Below are positions 13,337 to 27,700 of a DNA stretch of 64,000 bases, piece by piece. The notes below the pieces were generated by a model. That model had not been told where the DNA came from. It worked only from the letters and a program-made list of their open reading frames with translations, and searched no databases. Each line of letters begins with the position of its first letter. The first letter of the stretch is position 1. A program made the position numbers and the translations under genes. This DNA is from Phoronis australis (taxonomy: Eukaryota; Animalia; Phoronida), in the NCBI GenBank assembly GCA_002633005.1, contig NMRA01000906.1, positions 29,706-93,705 on the forward strand. Reading direction: 5' to 3'.

Positions 13337-14886
13337 AGTCCTTCTCTCACGCGTTGTTAACCCTTATTACATGGTTAGAAGATGTTTAAGGATCCAAGAA
13401 GTACCTACCCCATAACTAATACACGATCTGTACTCGAAAACAGTTTAAATGAACGCGCCACTCACGATTCGCACCCGAAGAAACACAGCCATTTTGAACT
13501 TGCCGCGAACCCGGAAGTACAATTCATTCAGGAACCCAGGCCGAGAAAACGCCGTCAGTGCGACTCGAGCAGTGCCTGTACTGTTACCAGCCAGCAAACG
13601 GGGATAAAANNNNNNNNNNNNNNNNNNNNNNNNNNNNNNNNNNNNNNNNNNNNNNNNNNNNNNNNNNNNNNNNNNNNNNNNNNNNNNNNNNNNNNNNNNN
13701 NNNNNNNNNNNNNNNNNNNNNNNNNNNNNNNNNNNNNNNNNNNNNNNNNNNNNNNNNNNNNNNNNNNNNNNNNNNNNNNNNNNNNNNNNNNNNNNNNNNN
13801 NNNNNNNNNNNNNNNNNNNNNNNNNNNNNNNNNNNNNNNNNNNNNNNNNNNNNNNNNNNNNNNNNNNNNNNNNNNNNNNNNNNNNNNNNNNNNNNNNNNN
13901 NNNNNNNNNNNNNNNNNNNNNNNNNNNNNNNNNNNNNNNNNNNNNNNNNNNNNNNNNNNNNNNNNNNNNNNNNNNNNNNNNNNNNNNNNNNNNNNNNNNN
14001 NNNNNNNNNNNNNNNNNNNNNNNNNNNNNNNNNNNNNNNNNNNNNNNNNNNNNNNNNNNNNNNNNNNNNNNNNNNNNNNNNNNNNNNNNNNNNNNNNNNN
14101 NNNNNNNNNNNNNNNNNNNNNNNNNNNNNNNNNNNNNNNNNNNNNNNNNNNNNNNNNNNNNNNNNNNNNNNNNNNNNNNNNNNNNNNNNNNNNNNNNNNN
14201 NNNNNNNNNNNNNNNNNNNNNNNNNNNNNNNNNNNNNNNNNNNNNNNNNNNNNNNNNNNNNNNNNNNNNNNNNNNNNNNNNNNNNNNNNNNNNNNNNNNN
14301 NNNNNNNNNNNNNNNNNNNNNNNNNNNNNNNNNNNNNNNNNNNNNNNNNNNNNNNNNNNNNNNNNNNNNNNNNNNNNNNNNNNNNNNNNNNNNNNNNNNN
14401 NNNNNNNNNNNNNNNNNNNNNNNNNNNNNNNNNNNNNNNNNNNNNNNNNNNNNNNNNNNNNNNNNNNNNNNNNNNNNNNNNNNNNNNNNNNNNNNNNNNN
14501 NNNNNNNNNNNNNNNNNNNNNNNNNNNNNNNNNNNNNNNNNNNNNNNNNNNNNNNNNNNNNNNNNNNNNNNNNNNNNNNNNNNNNNNNNNNNNNNNNNNN
14601 NNNNNNNNAATGAAGACTTTTCGAGCAAGCCATAGCACATTCAGTTATAAGGAAAAATGGCGGCGTTCAGTACAAGTTCCTGAACTGATGAGCCGGAAAT
14701 GTGGGTACGGAAATAACCGATGACAACCGGTAATCATACGCTCAGAGAAAAGGGTCAAATACGGTTGAAAAATCGCTTTTGGCAAGAAAGGCGAAAAGAA
14801 TGTAAAGAAAGGGTGTCGAAAATAAGATTTTATGTAGTAAGTATTTTCGGATACTAGAACCACATGGGCAGTTTGCAACAAGGACT
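13337..14886. mobile_element. Second copy of the Kolobok-type non-autonomous element, spanning the assembly gap
   Basis: TTAA|AGTCCTT...AAGGACT|TTAA. The sequence flanking the N gap aligns to 42721-42990 and ~45220-45500. Confidence 0.78.
13610..14608. other. Assembly gap (N run)
   Basis: Run of N. Confidence 1.
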
Positions 14887-17800
14887 TTAAAAAATAAAGC
14901 TTGTCATTGATTATATACTTTTCATTACTGGCATACCAACCAAAAGATGCCAATTTTCCGTAAAATAAACCAATATGGCCTACATGGCCGACAAAATGAC
15001 GGTCGAAACGGTAATTTGGTACATGTTGCAAAATTCATTTTCATATTTTTTCCTGAAAATTGCAAAATATCTATGCTTTTGTAAGTTAGACAATTGAAAA
15101 TATCTGGACCTTACAGTTAGTCAGTGGTTGGAGAGAAAACATCGAGATGGTTGACAAAATGGCCGCCAACTCACAAAACCACAATTTACTGCATGTGCAT
15201 TCTGTAAACTTTGTTTGTAACCTGATAACAGTTTACAAAATATCAGTGTACAGTCTACAGTCAGGCTGATTGTTTATATAATTTGTTTTTACGATTTAGA
15301 TTCTAAATGTGGAATTTTAATCACATATTAGATAATTTAACATAAAAACTGGTGTGTTTTCAAAAAAGGCTTTAGGTAAATTTTCATAATAAATTTCACA
15401 CACTCAATTTTTTTCTGTAAAATATATTCACTTGAGGTATCATAAAGAATATTTTTTAGAAAAATAAATAATTGTGGAGGAATTATTGGCTTATTCATTA
15501 CACAAACCCTGAATCATACTGGGCAGGAAGTGGCTTAGTTTGCTCTCAGCAATTGGAGATATTATTAGTTGTTCTCAAGGGTTTCTTCTGCTCCTGAAAC
15601 GAGTGGAGAATTTGGCTGCTGATTGCACCTGAATTTGATGAAAAGTAAATAAATTTTTGTAACAAAAACTTAATTATTAAATGTTAGTTTTATATGCATG
15701 CTTTTTATAGACATGGGTAACTGATTTAAGAGGAAATTAGTGCCTGCAAACCTAACGATAGTGATCTGCTGTCACTTGTTCTTAGCCTGGCTTGGCGGAT
15801 TGCATACTAGGATGAGCTTTCTGGGATGTATTGGATACGTTATATCAGGCACCGCGTTTCCAGAAGTTCTTGAGACAGTGCATTCACCAAACAGCGTGAT
15901 CCTTATGTTAAATGGAAAAAGTGTGGATGAAGCAGTGAGGGGGTATATGTTGGTACACTCAGCAATGATGCTATTATAACAGCCAGAGCATTCAACACCC
16001 CACTTCCAAATATTGACAGATCAAGTAACAGAAATACAAAACCAATGAATTCACGATTTGAAGAAAGAAGTTCCGGTTCGTCAGAAATTCCAGGAGTACC
16101 GAATGTCACCTACACAGAACATACAGATTCCGTATTAAAATGTGGAGCAATTCAATGCTTGTTCACAAAGGTTGGCTCGTCAGAATACATGGAGACAGAT
16201 TCTTCAGACATCCTAACTGATCACATAACTAGATATGTTTACACTGGGATATGCAATGCACAAGCAGGGTCTTCTGATTCTGAACCTTATTGGATTACAG
16301 TGGCATACCCTCACGAGGGTGCACTTCCGGCTTCCGACATACTGCCACTGATATATTTAAAGACGATTGAATCAGAGTATAAGTCTTCAGAATTCGCAGT
16401 GGCAGAGAATGGTTCGCCGGAAGGATCAGTGACCAGTGATATACTTGCTGATGCTTTGAAGGCTGGTCTGAAGCTATCTGGTGATCTTATTGTCGGCGTG
16501 ACGTCTATGCGCAGCGATGTATACTCTTCGGAGTGTCTTGTAAGAATCCATTAAAATGGAAGCACACAAATCAGACTTGTCCTTGCAAAGTCGAACCAGA
16601 TACAATATATGAAGATGGTTGCTTTACTTTGCAGCTCCTGTTCACAACGTTTATGCAAAATGCGTATTCAGATACATGTACTTGTAACAGATACAGCAAC
16701 TCAACGACACCCATCCAGACGTCTACAGCACCTTTGTTAACGGCCACCATGCCATAAGACGAAGTGACAGATTCTGGGCAGGCGTGTCATATTATCTTGT
16801 AATTGAACAAACACTCATAAAAACATTAATCAAAACGCGGTTTAACTGGAAGCTTCAAAATGGGAGATACGCGGAGTGCACAGCTTTCCTTGCCTACATG
16901 CTCAAGTACATATAAACGGTGCCATGCAGAGTATGACGAAGTTGAGTTGTGAAACAAGTGAGCAGAATAAAGCATGTACCCAGGCAAGACAGTCGTGGGA
17001 TGACAAAGTCATCCTCAATTCATGAAACCAAGAGCAGAGCCTGGGACATCACGAAACTACATTTGTCTCTTCGTGCCGAAACATGTGCGCTTTTGCCATT
17101 TATGCATGCAAAAGACCTAACTCAAGCGGCGGCCATTAAAATCCAAAGCGAGGCTCACTGCGATAAACAAAGCGGAAATTTTCATTGCATGAGTTAAATG
17201 GCCGGTCTTTCGAGTCCAACCTGGATATTAAATCTTAAAATATGTGTCGGTAATTAACCACAGAGACGTAGAAAAATACATTAGAGAACAAGTCAATGCA
17301 CCGAAGAGTTGTCTGACGAAAGGGTATAAGTATTTTTTCGGAAAATTAGCTTCGTAGCTAGTAAATGTTAAAGTAGTCTGGAATCCAAACATTGTGTTTG
17401 AAAGCTTAACTCTTTAGCTATAAAATGGCACCACTTTTGTCCCCAAAGACTTCATATTAATGGCACTGGGATGCTTTGAACATGACTTGTTTCACCCTTC
17501 CAACAGATGCCTCTTCCCAGGCATGTACTCGGGCATGATCNAGTGTTACACATGAGCCAGCAGTACAGAGTACTTGTCGAGGGATCTCCTGATGTTGAGA
17601 TCTACGCTATCTTCATGTAATACACTTAATTCTGGTCACGCGAACAAAACATTACAACTCACTAACTAGGTCAACTGGGGTCTTCAGTCTTGTATGCATG
17701 AACACCTGACTGACCTATTTTCTATGCAAATTGCCCTGCTGCCCATTTTTGAATTTCATGGTTGGCCAACCCCAATTAAAACTTGAAGACCATTTTCTGG

Positions 17801-18057
17801 GCTATGCCTTTTTCTGACCGGTTGAGGTACAGTTTATATGTTGTTATTGGCAACAGCAAACAAGTCTTACAGAAAATTTGAAATAGTAAAACTATTAAAA
17901 CTGAAATGACGAAGGTGGGTACTAAAATATATTAAAATATCCCCATGTATCGAGCGATGCGCTCCTTGTCAAGGGTGTGCTACAGGCTGCTGAATACATG
18001 TGGATAGATCAAAAACTTGACAGCAAGCCTAGTTTAGAAGAATGAAATGCCTACTAT

Positions 18058-21000
18058 CAGGAAGAGATAACCAGGAAGGGACAACTGTTTTAGTGCACTT
18101 TAACGTATTTTCAAAGGTGATTTCAAAAGTAAATGTTAAAGTAGTCTGGAATCCAAGCATTGTGTTTGAAAGCTTAACTCTTTAGCTATAAAAGGACACC
18201 ACTTTTGTCCCCAAAGACTTCGTATTAATGGCACTGGGATGCTTTGAACATGACTTGTTTTACCCTTCCAAAAGATGCCTCTTCCCAGGCATGTACTCGG
18301 GCATGATCCTCTTTTTTGAACCAACAGATGTCACTAATATATGCAAATGAGGCTCGCATCGTCTACGTCATACGACGTCATACGGTGCGAGCTTCCAATT
18401 TGAACCCTTTGAGTGACTATAGTGAATGACTTGAAACGCAGTTCTATCTGATTGGGCAGATCTAAGAAAATTAAGAACTCATACAAGTCAATGTTCAAAG
18501 AACATTGAATGGTTTCACATGAAAATACATTTAATTGTATTTCGATACGTTTGCATGTGTGTATGCGTGGACTTCGTCATCTTGCTTAAATCCAGATTTA
18601 GAAGCAGGTGTTAGTCAAGAAATTAGCTGCTCCCGCCACGGTGGCCGGTGTCGTGGCGTCGCCGGGAAGTCTGATCCATGCATGCGCAATTCGACGAACT
18701 AATGCTAGTCGCTGGTCAGCTCTGCTATGATTCATGCGCAATTCGACGAACTAATTCTAGTCGCTGGTCAGCTCCGCTATGATTCATTTGAGACGTGCGG
18801 CTTAACTCGAACCTATACCCGTGTTCTGGCTCCAAGGTCGTTTTTTGACCCAGTTTCGGGAAAAGTTCATTTTAATACGGTCATTTCCTGAAGATTTTTT
18901 GGAAAGATATGATCCCGAAATCCTTGGCCTATAGAGCTGTATCAAAATTCCTTGTTGAAACACGGCCACTGGTCCAGCTTCTGCAGGGCGGCTGGGAAAA
19001 TGAACGCGTGTCCCAAAAATGCACACACTTCAACCCCTCAGTGCAGTTCAAGTTCTTTCCCCGTCAATCACTGTGCGCGGATTCTACTGCATGACTACAC
19101 CTTATTTTTAACGTGGGTGCGTCACTGAGTCACAACGTGTCCAGCCTTTGCAGTGTGCACGGGAATGGCAAGCAAACGATTCGGTCTAGAAGAACCTAAA
19201 TTCATTGCACAATACTGGGAACTACAAGCATCAAGGAAGTGCAAAGACAATCTTTCCAAATTTATGAGCAATGACTTGAACTTCTTTTTTGATCTACGGT
19301 TTGTAAATTTTTGAATTTCATTAGTCTAGTTTTTAATTCAATAAAGCATTTAGAGCTGCCCCACATTCAAGAAATACCCCTGTTATCGTTTAGGGTCCTT
19401 CTTTGCGATATGGTGGTCTGATGATGGATCGAATTTTTGCCTTCAGGCTTCAACTAAGTTCAGTGACGCATCGCCATTTCTTACAAGACAGCTTCTGTGC
19501 TGTGCACGAATGTTTTGTGTTTTTGATGAATTTGGAATCTCAACTTCCCCTCATGAGTAGTTGGTAGTGTCATGCCGGAGGTGTACAGAAGGCGCAGTAC
19601 TGAAAAAAGTGAGGGCTAAAGCCCCCTCAGCCCCCCTGTAGTGCACCGCCTATGGACCACTGGAAAACTTGGACTGAATTAATACGCTCCGAAAAACTTT
19701 TGCTTCACAAATTTTCTCGAATTTTCGAAATACATGTATGAATGATTAAGTGCACATTTTCAAGGGCACTTAGACGACCTATGCTGCAAAAACGGAGACC
19801 CTAACAACAATTGTCCTGGCCAGGGCCCTCAAATGGTAAGCCATACACTGATACCGAGTTGTCAATGTTCTCTTGAATTTTCGCTCTGATCAGTATTCGA
19901 AGTCTTTCTTTTTTGTCTTTCCCCAGCCCCACACCTTTGTCGGTTGCCATGGTTTGACCCTGAGGCATGCAATTTTTTTGGGGTGGCACTCGCCCTCCCC
20001 CCGCTTACTAAGGTCCTGATGCAAGGAGTCCATCGTTGGTCCAAGGTCAATGTTGTGTTTCAACACGCATTCGTTGTATAGCTTGAGCATTAAATTAAAG
20101 GTTTAAGAAATACAGTATCAGTTTTGCGCGTTTAAAGGCGAAGGCAACCTTTTTTCATGTCATTTTTAGCAAAAATAAGGTTCGTTGATTATCCCAGACA
20201 TATTTTTCACTTATTTACTGCTTTTCGTAATTTAATTGATTACTCGTTGTCTACTCCGGAAGTGACGTTTTGGAAGGCAAGAATTTCGCGCCAATTTCTT
20301 TTCATATAGTCTGACTGTGAGAGCAGTCGAGTCAGTCATTGTTCTACCTCGGTTGTGATAAGTTCGGTCGTCGTTTGCTTTTGCTTAGGAGTCAGTCAAC
20401 ATGCCACGCTGTTGCTGCGTACTGGGGTGTACTCATTATTGTCTCACGTACAGAGTAAGAACTGTCCCACTTGCCCGAGTGTCCCGCGACACACTCCCAC
20501 TGAAGAGTGATCTGAGCACCCAAATTGCTTGCATCCCGCCGTGTGACTCCCTCGCCACACACCTGGCACCTTCCAAATAGCTCCAATACAAGTCCACAAT
20601 AAACTTATCAAACTTAGGCTCACCGATCTGTTCATTGGATGACGAACTGTCCTCTTCACTGGGTGTCGAACTGGGCCTGTATTCACTCCCACTACTCAAC
20701 ATCGCTGCAGGACTGCTTACACGCTCTGGGCTCAGAGACAACAGCACAGGGCGAATCACTGCTAGTTTCCGAAATTGCACGCAATGGGGTACGTTCGGAG
20801 GCACGGGTGACAGCAGATGAAGTGCCTCCAGTCAGTGTATATAGTGGCCACAGCTCCCGAGGCTTCTCGCTTCAAAAACGCAATTCTCGGGGTTGGCGAC
20901 GGAGCACTGCCGGGAATCGACAGCGACGGTAAGGTACCCTTCTTAAGGCGTTGTTTTGCAGTGACCTTCATCAATTCAGCGTGCATATCTGTCATAATCT

Positions 21001-22979
21001 GACGGCAGAAAATGCTTGCCACACACTCGGTAACCCTCCACTGCTTTGTACGTTGCGTGGACGGGTAACGCTGCGTTCTTCACATGAACGAGCTAGCCAA
21101 GTACGCGAAGTGTGTCATCCTTCGGAAAGCGGCGCAAGGTACCCAAAGCGCGTGTGAGACGTGGCATGTTGACTGACTTGTAAACAAAAGCAAACGACGA
21201 CCGAACTGATCACAACCGAGGTAGAATAATGACTCACTCGACAGCTCTCACAGTCATACTATAATGAAAAGAAATTGGCGCGAAACTCTTGCCTCCCCAA
21301 ACGTCACTTCCGGAGTAGATGACGAGAAATTAATCAAATTACGAAAAGTTGCAATTAAGTGAAAAATTTGTCTGGGATAATCAACGAACCTTATTTGTGC
21401 TAAAAGTGACATGAAAAAAGGTTGCTTTCACCTTTAATTGTGCGTGTAAAAGGGTTTATAGATTCGTACTGAATTTGTTGCTGCAACTTGTCTCATGGGC
21501 CTGTATCCGGCACGTGACCACAAATGTGGACACTAATTCGGCTATTGCGCAAGTCGACTGTAGCAAGGTGGCCAGTGAAAATGTAAGGCAGTGACAACTC
21601 GCATTTCTAGTCTCTTATTATGAAAACCATTGAAGGCAATTACCAGCACCTGCAAACAAGAATTTGGAAGTATGGAGAATTTCAACAGGAGTTAGTTGTA
21701 TACTTAGTCGCGAAGCTACCGACATTCCAGCCACGGTTACTGCCGGTCCTTTGAAGCAATTATAGCACATATATACGAATTTTTAAGAATGGCAAGGGTG
21801 CGTTTTGTGTTGACGGAAATGTCCATGGCGTCAAGGAATTTGAGGCATTTAATGATGAACAACACCTAGCAAAACTAACTTCCAAGTATGCATACTGTGG
21901 CGGAATTAAGAAATACGATTATGGCAGTGCTAACTGTAGCAGAACCACAAAGTGTGCTAAAATGGTAGAAAATTAGGCATAACATTTTTGTAGCCTGAGC
22001 AGATAAAAGGTTGATTGGCGCAAGAGAAGGCCGATGTCTTCAATGCTCAGAAAAATTTCGGCAGGCAAGAGACTTGCCAAGAAAACGACACAGTTGAGTC
22101 CGGGCATTCTAAAGGAAGAACTGCAGCCAATTCCAATTATTCGGTGCAACTTCTCTCACCCGACAGTGTTGTTTCACGATACCGCAACCTCAAACAGCGT
22201 CAAAGAAACGAAACGCGGAGGATGAGATATTACAGAGTATTAATATTTATTCTTGGATACAGGTGTCCACCTCAAAATTAATTTCCCACGGCCATTCTTT
22301 ATGCCAATAGCAATGTTTTCGTCAACTGAAGAACAGGAATCATGGACATCCCGCACGCTCCGTCTATGGTTCTGACACTTCAAACTTTTGTCAACACGAC
22401 ATGTAGCCGCAGAAAGTTTGATGTTGACCTCATTCTAATCTCTGCAATCCACTGTCAGGGGACGAAAACAATTCAAAGTCCGCTCCTCGAAATAGGGCTT
22501 GCTTAGCTGGAATTCAGAACTGCGGTCATGAGAGTGTTTTCACCTCCTGATTGCGAAGCGATCGAGTGGTATCTTCATCAGCGCGTGCTCTCAGTGGGAG
22601 GTCACCGCTTTATCCACTCAAGCGCTCGACCAACAACTGACGAGAGTCTCAGAACTCCCACATGCAAATTTGATATGCAAATGAGGGAGTACTTGACTAC
22701 TGCGCCATCTATACATCGACGGAAAAGCTTAAATACCCGTGACTGCGTGTGGGAAGTTGCGATTGAGTGCTCTGAAGTCGATATTTTTAAAGTACAATTA
22801 CACCACTGTTTAAGGTTGCAAAGTGAGTTTTTTGATATCCTTCTATAGAAAAAGCTTTAATCTCTCTGATAAAATCATCTGTTTCCTTTTAAACGAAACT
22901 TAAGTCCTGAAATTAGACCGGGGAAGGAGGCCAAAAACGGCGGTTTAGCTAGTTGTCCCTTCCTGGTTATCTCTTCCTG
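18058..22979. mobile_element. Non-autonomous DNA transposon with ~30-bp perfect TIRs, containing the nested Kolobok
   Basis: CAGGAAGAGATAACCAGGAAGGGACAACT at 18058 and its exact reverse complement ending at 22979, flanked by AT (or TA). Confidence 0.75.
20136..21433 (-). mobile_element. Kolobok DNA transposon derivative with ~273-bp (up to ~310-bp) inverted arms and THAP/zinc-ribbon transposase remnant
   Basis: TTAA|AGG...CCT|TTAA. Arms 20136-20408 and 21160-21433 are inverted copies. Minus-strand remnants FPKDDTLR, RVCGKHF and LKKGTLPSL form a THAP domain, followed by CQVCG...GAQITLQWECVAGHSGKWDSS. Confidence 0.85.
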
Positions 22980-24758
22980 ATATAGCTCATTGCGCTGTAG
23001 GCCTGACCCGCGTACTCACTGACTCGTGTGACCGGGTGGTTTGAGAGACAAGTAGGCTACTTAGACGCGGGTCTCTGTCATTGCATGACATGACAAGTTC
23101 CAAGGAGGAGCTCAACCAATTAAAGTTCCCTAAATCTTTTGCCTATGTGTGTCCATGTGTACTCAGAATTGTGAGTTCTGGCCTTGACATTTTCTGTAAC
23201 GGGCTAACTGAATTCAAAACAAATAGGAACTGAGTCCTTCAATTAGGTGTTGTAGCGTACAGTCACACGCACATTAGATGTCTCTCTTGTTGTTGTTGAC
23301 CCAGCGGTTACACGCGTATAATAATAATACCGTAACAGTGGCTCATAAAACTTTATTTATGATATGATACGAGAAAACGATTTTCAATACGGTGTACGAT
23401 TTACGATACGGTTAAACCTGAAACAATTAATAAAGATAATACAATATATAATACAAACTGAAGTACCAAATACATCATACTAAAATACAGAAAATTGCAT
23501 ATCTAATAATATTATATCAACTCACAATTTGGCAAACAATAGTTTGCAGAAACTCGTAGTTGCAACAATTTCTATTACAACACTTTCTATGAATAGTAAT
23601 CAAATAATCAAAGAACTGAGAATAGTTGTTTCTAAAGTCAAAGTTTATAGTAAAGCATCAAGAAACAAAGTTGTCTCTTACCAACGCTGGCCATCTGTGA
23701 TATTTTTTAAGCAAGAGCAGCAGCCTCTCTCCAAGCAATATGAATTCTAGAGTAGCTAACAGAATATTTATACTGAACACAAGAAAGGTGGGCGAGATAG
23801 TTCAAAACATGAAAATCCACAAACTTCCTCCAAAATGCTACATCTAGTTCCAAAACAATTCTCTAAACAAAGTCGCTGGTTCCAAAACAATTCTGTGAAT
23901 CAATCTGCTGGACTCCAGCAATGAACCCAAGTCATTACCAATTATGGTGCAGGACAATCAAGAGTTGAGTAATTCCGATGGAAAAGTAACAGATTATTGT
24001 TGTTGTCGGAAACGCATCCCAAAGCTGACAGAGTTTTTCACTGACTTTAAGTTACACAATTTGCAAAACAAGGCACAATTGTTATTATAAACATCCCACA
24101 ACTGGTAACAGACGTGGTGAATCACTTCCCATGAACTCCTAGGAGGTTACAAATTTTGGTAAACAACCAATATGTTTAATTAATTATACACTAGTTGCAT
24201 AACATTGCTTTTAATTAGACTAATTATCTACAGCATCAAAAAAATTTCAACAATAGGTGTGTTGCATGAAAATATTCCAAATGATTTTGAAAATTCAACG
24301 TCGACTTCACTCTCGATTTGTATCTAAGCCAAACGGATGACTTGGTAATGAAAAGTGCCGTTTACACTACAAAAGTTAACAATGATCAGTTGACACAGAA
24401 CGAGATGTTCTAGCTCAAGTATATGTGTAAACGAGACTGATCTGGAGCAAATTGACACCGCGGTGACAACTTTTGCCAACCTGACCCTACCTCTTTCTTC
24501 TCCATTCGTAACCTCCTTCTTGGTGTTTCCCAATTACCCCCTTCTATTCCTAGGACACACGCCTCCCATCAGCCCAGGTCAGTTTTCCCTCACCCCCTCT
24601 CATTGATCCCGGCCCGGTGACAGTATTGCCTGCACCTTCCCCTTTAACAACATCCCCTTCGTATCCGTACATTCTTAGTATCATTCGTAGCTTATTACGT
24701 TAATGTTTTGTTATTTCTTAGGTTACTTAACTTGTGCGTCTCTCCTCCCTGTTAGCAT

Positions 24759-27700
24759 GAGGAAGAGATGACCAGGAAGGGACAACTGTTTTAGCGCATT
24801 TTAACGTGATTTCAAAAGTAAATGTTCAAGTTATCTGGAATCCAAGTATTATGTTTGAAAGATTAACTCTTTAGCTATAAAATGACACCACTTTGGTCCT
24901 CAAAGACTGTACATTACTGGTACTGGGATGCTTTGAACGTGACATACTTTACCCTTCCAAAAAATGCCTCTTCCCAGGCATGTACTCGAGCATGAGCCTC
25001 TTTTTTGAACCAACAGATGTCACTAACATGTGCAAATGAGGCTCGCATCGCTACGTCATACGACGTCATACGGCGCGAGCTTCCAATTTGAAACGCCAGG
25101 TGCCTATAGTGTATGACTTGAAACGCAGTAGTCTACCTGATCAGGTATATCTTTGATTCCAAGAAAACTAAGAGCTCACCCAAGTCAATGTTCAAAGAAC
25201 ATTGAGTCTGGTTTCACATGAAAATACATTTAATTTTATTTCGATATGCGTGGACTTTATCATTTTGCTTAAATCCAGATTTAGAAGCAGAAATTTAGTA
25301 GCGTTAGCCCTACTAAGCCGGCCACCACGGTGGCCGGCGTCGTGGCGGTGCCCCGGAAGTCTGATCCATGCACGTGCAATTCGATGAACTAATGCTAGTC
25401 GCTGGTCAGCTCCGCTATGATTCATTTGCCGGGGACGTGCGGCTTAGCTCGAACCTATACCCGTGTTCTGGCTCCAAAGATCGTTTTTTGATCCCCAGTT
25501 TCGGGAAAAGTTCATTTTAATAGGGTCATTCCCTGAAGATGTTTTGAAAGGTGTGATCCCCGAAGTCCTTGGCCTATAGAGCTCATCAAAACTCCTTGTT
25601 GAAACACGGCCACTTGTACAGCGGTTGGGGAAAATAATCGTGTGTCCCAAAAATGTACACACTTCAACGCCTGCACTTCAACTTGAAGTTTATTTTTCGT
25701 ATATATCTGGCCGCGGATTCTACGCCGGCCTAATGCATGACTACACCTTATTTTCAACGTAGGTACGTCACTGAGTCATGGCGTGCCCAGCCTGTGCAGT
25801 ATGCACGGGAATGGCAAGCAAACGATTCGGTTTAGAACTAGAACCAAAATTCATTGCACAATACTACTGGGGCAAGGAAGTGCAAAGACAATCTTTACAA
25901 ATTTATGAGCAATGACTTGAACTTCTTTTTCGATCTACGGTTTGCAATTTTTTAAAGTTCACTAGTCTAGTTTTTAATTCAATAGAGCATTTAGGGCTGC
26001 TCGACATTCATAAACTTATCACTGTTATCGTTAGTGTACATGTACTTCATTGCGATATGGTGGTCTGATGATTGGTCGAATTTTCCCAAGTCAGCCTTCA
26101 ACTAAGTTCAGTGAGGCATCATCATTTCTTACAAGGTAGCTTCTGTGCTGTGCACTATTGTTTTGTGTTTTTGATGTTTTTGGAATCTCAACTTCCAAAC
26201 GTGAGTAGTTGGCAGAGTCATGTCGGAGGTGCATAGAGGGCGCAGCACTGAAAAATGTGGGGCTAAAGCCCCCTCAGCTCCCCCCCCCCGTAGTGCACCG
26301 GCCTATAGACCATATGCAGTGTAGCACTGAAAAAAGTGGGGCTATAGCCCTTCCCCCCAGCGCCCTATGGTGCGCTGCCCATTGACCAAAAGGTCAATTC
26401 TCCCGAACCGCCCCACCGAGAGAGGATCCCGTCTAAAACGGAATGAAAGACTAAAAGCATCAAGCTTGGGAAAGAGTGACAGATGATTCTTTTACACGTC
26501 GTGTAACCCAGCAAGAAATAATATCCCTCAATATGAAAGCCGGTTGTGCGATTTCACAAAAAAAACAGGAAAATAGAGGTAATCACTGAATTCCAACTTT
26601 GGGCCCTCTCTGCGTGAGCGGCCCCTTTAATAATTTGTCAATAAAAACACGAAAAAGGTGGTCACCAATGGCCCCCTTCAAGTACTGCTTAAGTCACTGA
26701 ACGGGAAAACGCTGTCATGCAGTGAATATGGAAGGCAGCAGCAGGCCAGTGGGCGTGTGTGATAACTTGGATTTCTAGTCTCTTATTATGAAAACTATTG
26801 AAGGCAATTATCAGCACCTGCAAACAAGAATTTTGAAGTATGAAGAATTTCAAAAGGAGTTAGCTGTAGTCTTAGTCGTGAAGCTGCCGACATTCCAACC
26901 ACGGCTACTGGTCCTTTGAAGCAAGTGCATATAAACACGAATTTTGAAGAATGGCAAGGACACGTTTTGTGTTGACGGAACTGTCCTTGGGGAGGAAATG
27001 AGACATTTAATAATGAACAACTATTGTGGATTAATTTGGGAGAACACTACCAAAACTAACTTCTAAGTATGCACACTGTGGCGGAATTAAGAAATATGAT
27101 TATGACAGTGCTAACTGTACCTGTGTGCGATTTTTGCCGAAATATCTAACGTTAGACTTACAACAGGCCCGGGAAATGCTTTAGAGTCAGAAAAATAGGC
27201 GTAACATTTCTATAGCAGAAAAAAGGTTGATTACCACAGAAGGCCGATGTCTTAAATGCCCAGAAAATTTAGGAAGGCAAGGTGACTTGCCCAGAAAACG
27301 GCAGTCTAAAGGAAAGTACTGCAACCAATTTCAATTATCCGGTGTAACTTCTCTCACTCAACGGCGTTGTTTCACGATACCGCAACCTCCCAAAGAAACG
27401 AAACGCGGAGGATGAGATATTACAGAGTACAATTAGCAATGATTTGACAGTTGAGCTTGAGAAAACCCAGTGTTGAGCTATCGTTTATTAAAGACGTTAA
27501 ATTTTCCGTTGAGAATCTGACTAAAGTCATAGATGAGTGCGACGGGAAGGATATCGAGGAGTACACGGAGAGAAAGGAAGCTTTAAAGGTTGCTTTCTTT
27601 GAAGACCAGGAGCGAAACCGTGAGTAATAAATTAATGAAAAATGCATGGTATTATAATATCAATTAAAAGCTTTCAAACTATTGCGTTTGTGTGCTGTCC

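Larger units (their letters stand above)
13140..17115 (+). mobile_element. AcademX-like DNA transposon relic, copy 1 (interrupted by the Kolobok MITE)
   Basis: Transposase-like motif LGGLHTRMSFLGCIG...LETVHSPNSV.LMLNGK...AVRG.MLVHSA (15790-15979). XPG-like WDITKLHLSLRAETCALLPFMHA (17040-17110). The left end (13145-13280) is homologous to 29145-29285. Confidence 0.6.

Noticed and set aside
13357-13370. TTAA-CCCT suggesting a piggyBac end
   Set aside because: Homology with the 42.7-kb copy extends further left to TTAA|AG, which has a matching right TIR, so the motif is internal.
13382-14640. Long ORFs of 349-417 aa in the ORF track
   Set aside because: Artefacts of translating the N gap. The same applies to the ORFs at 63491-63827.
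16045-16554. 169-aa plus-strand ORF as a host gene
   Set aside because: It lies between Academ-like fragments, is Ser-rich with no recognisable domain, and has no splice support.
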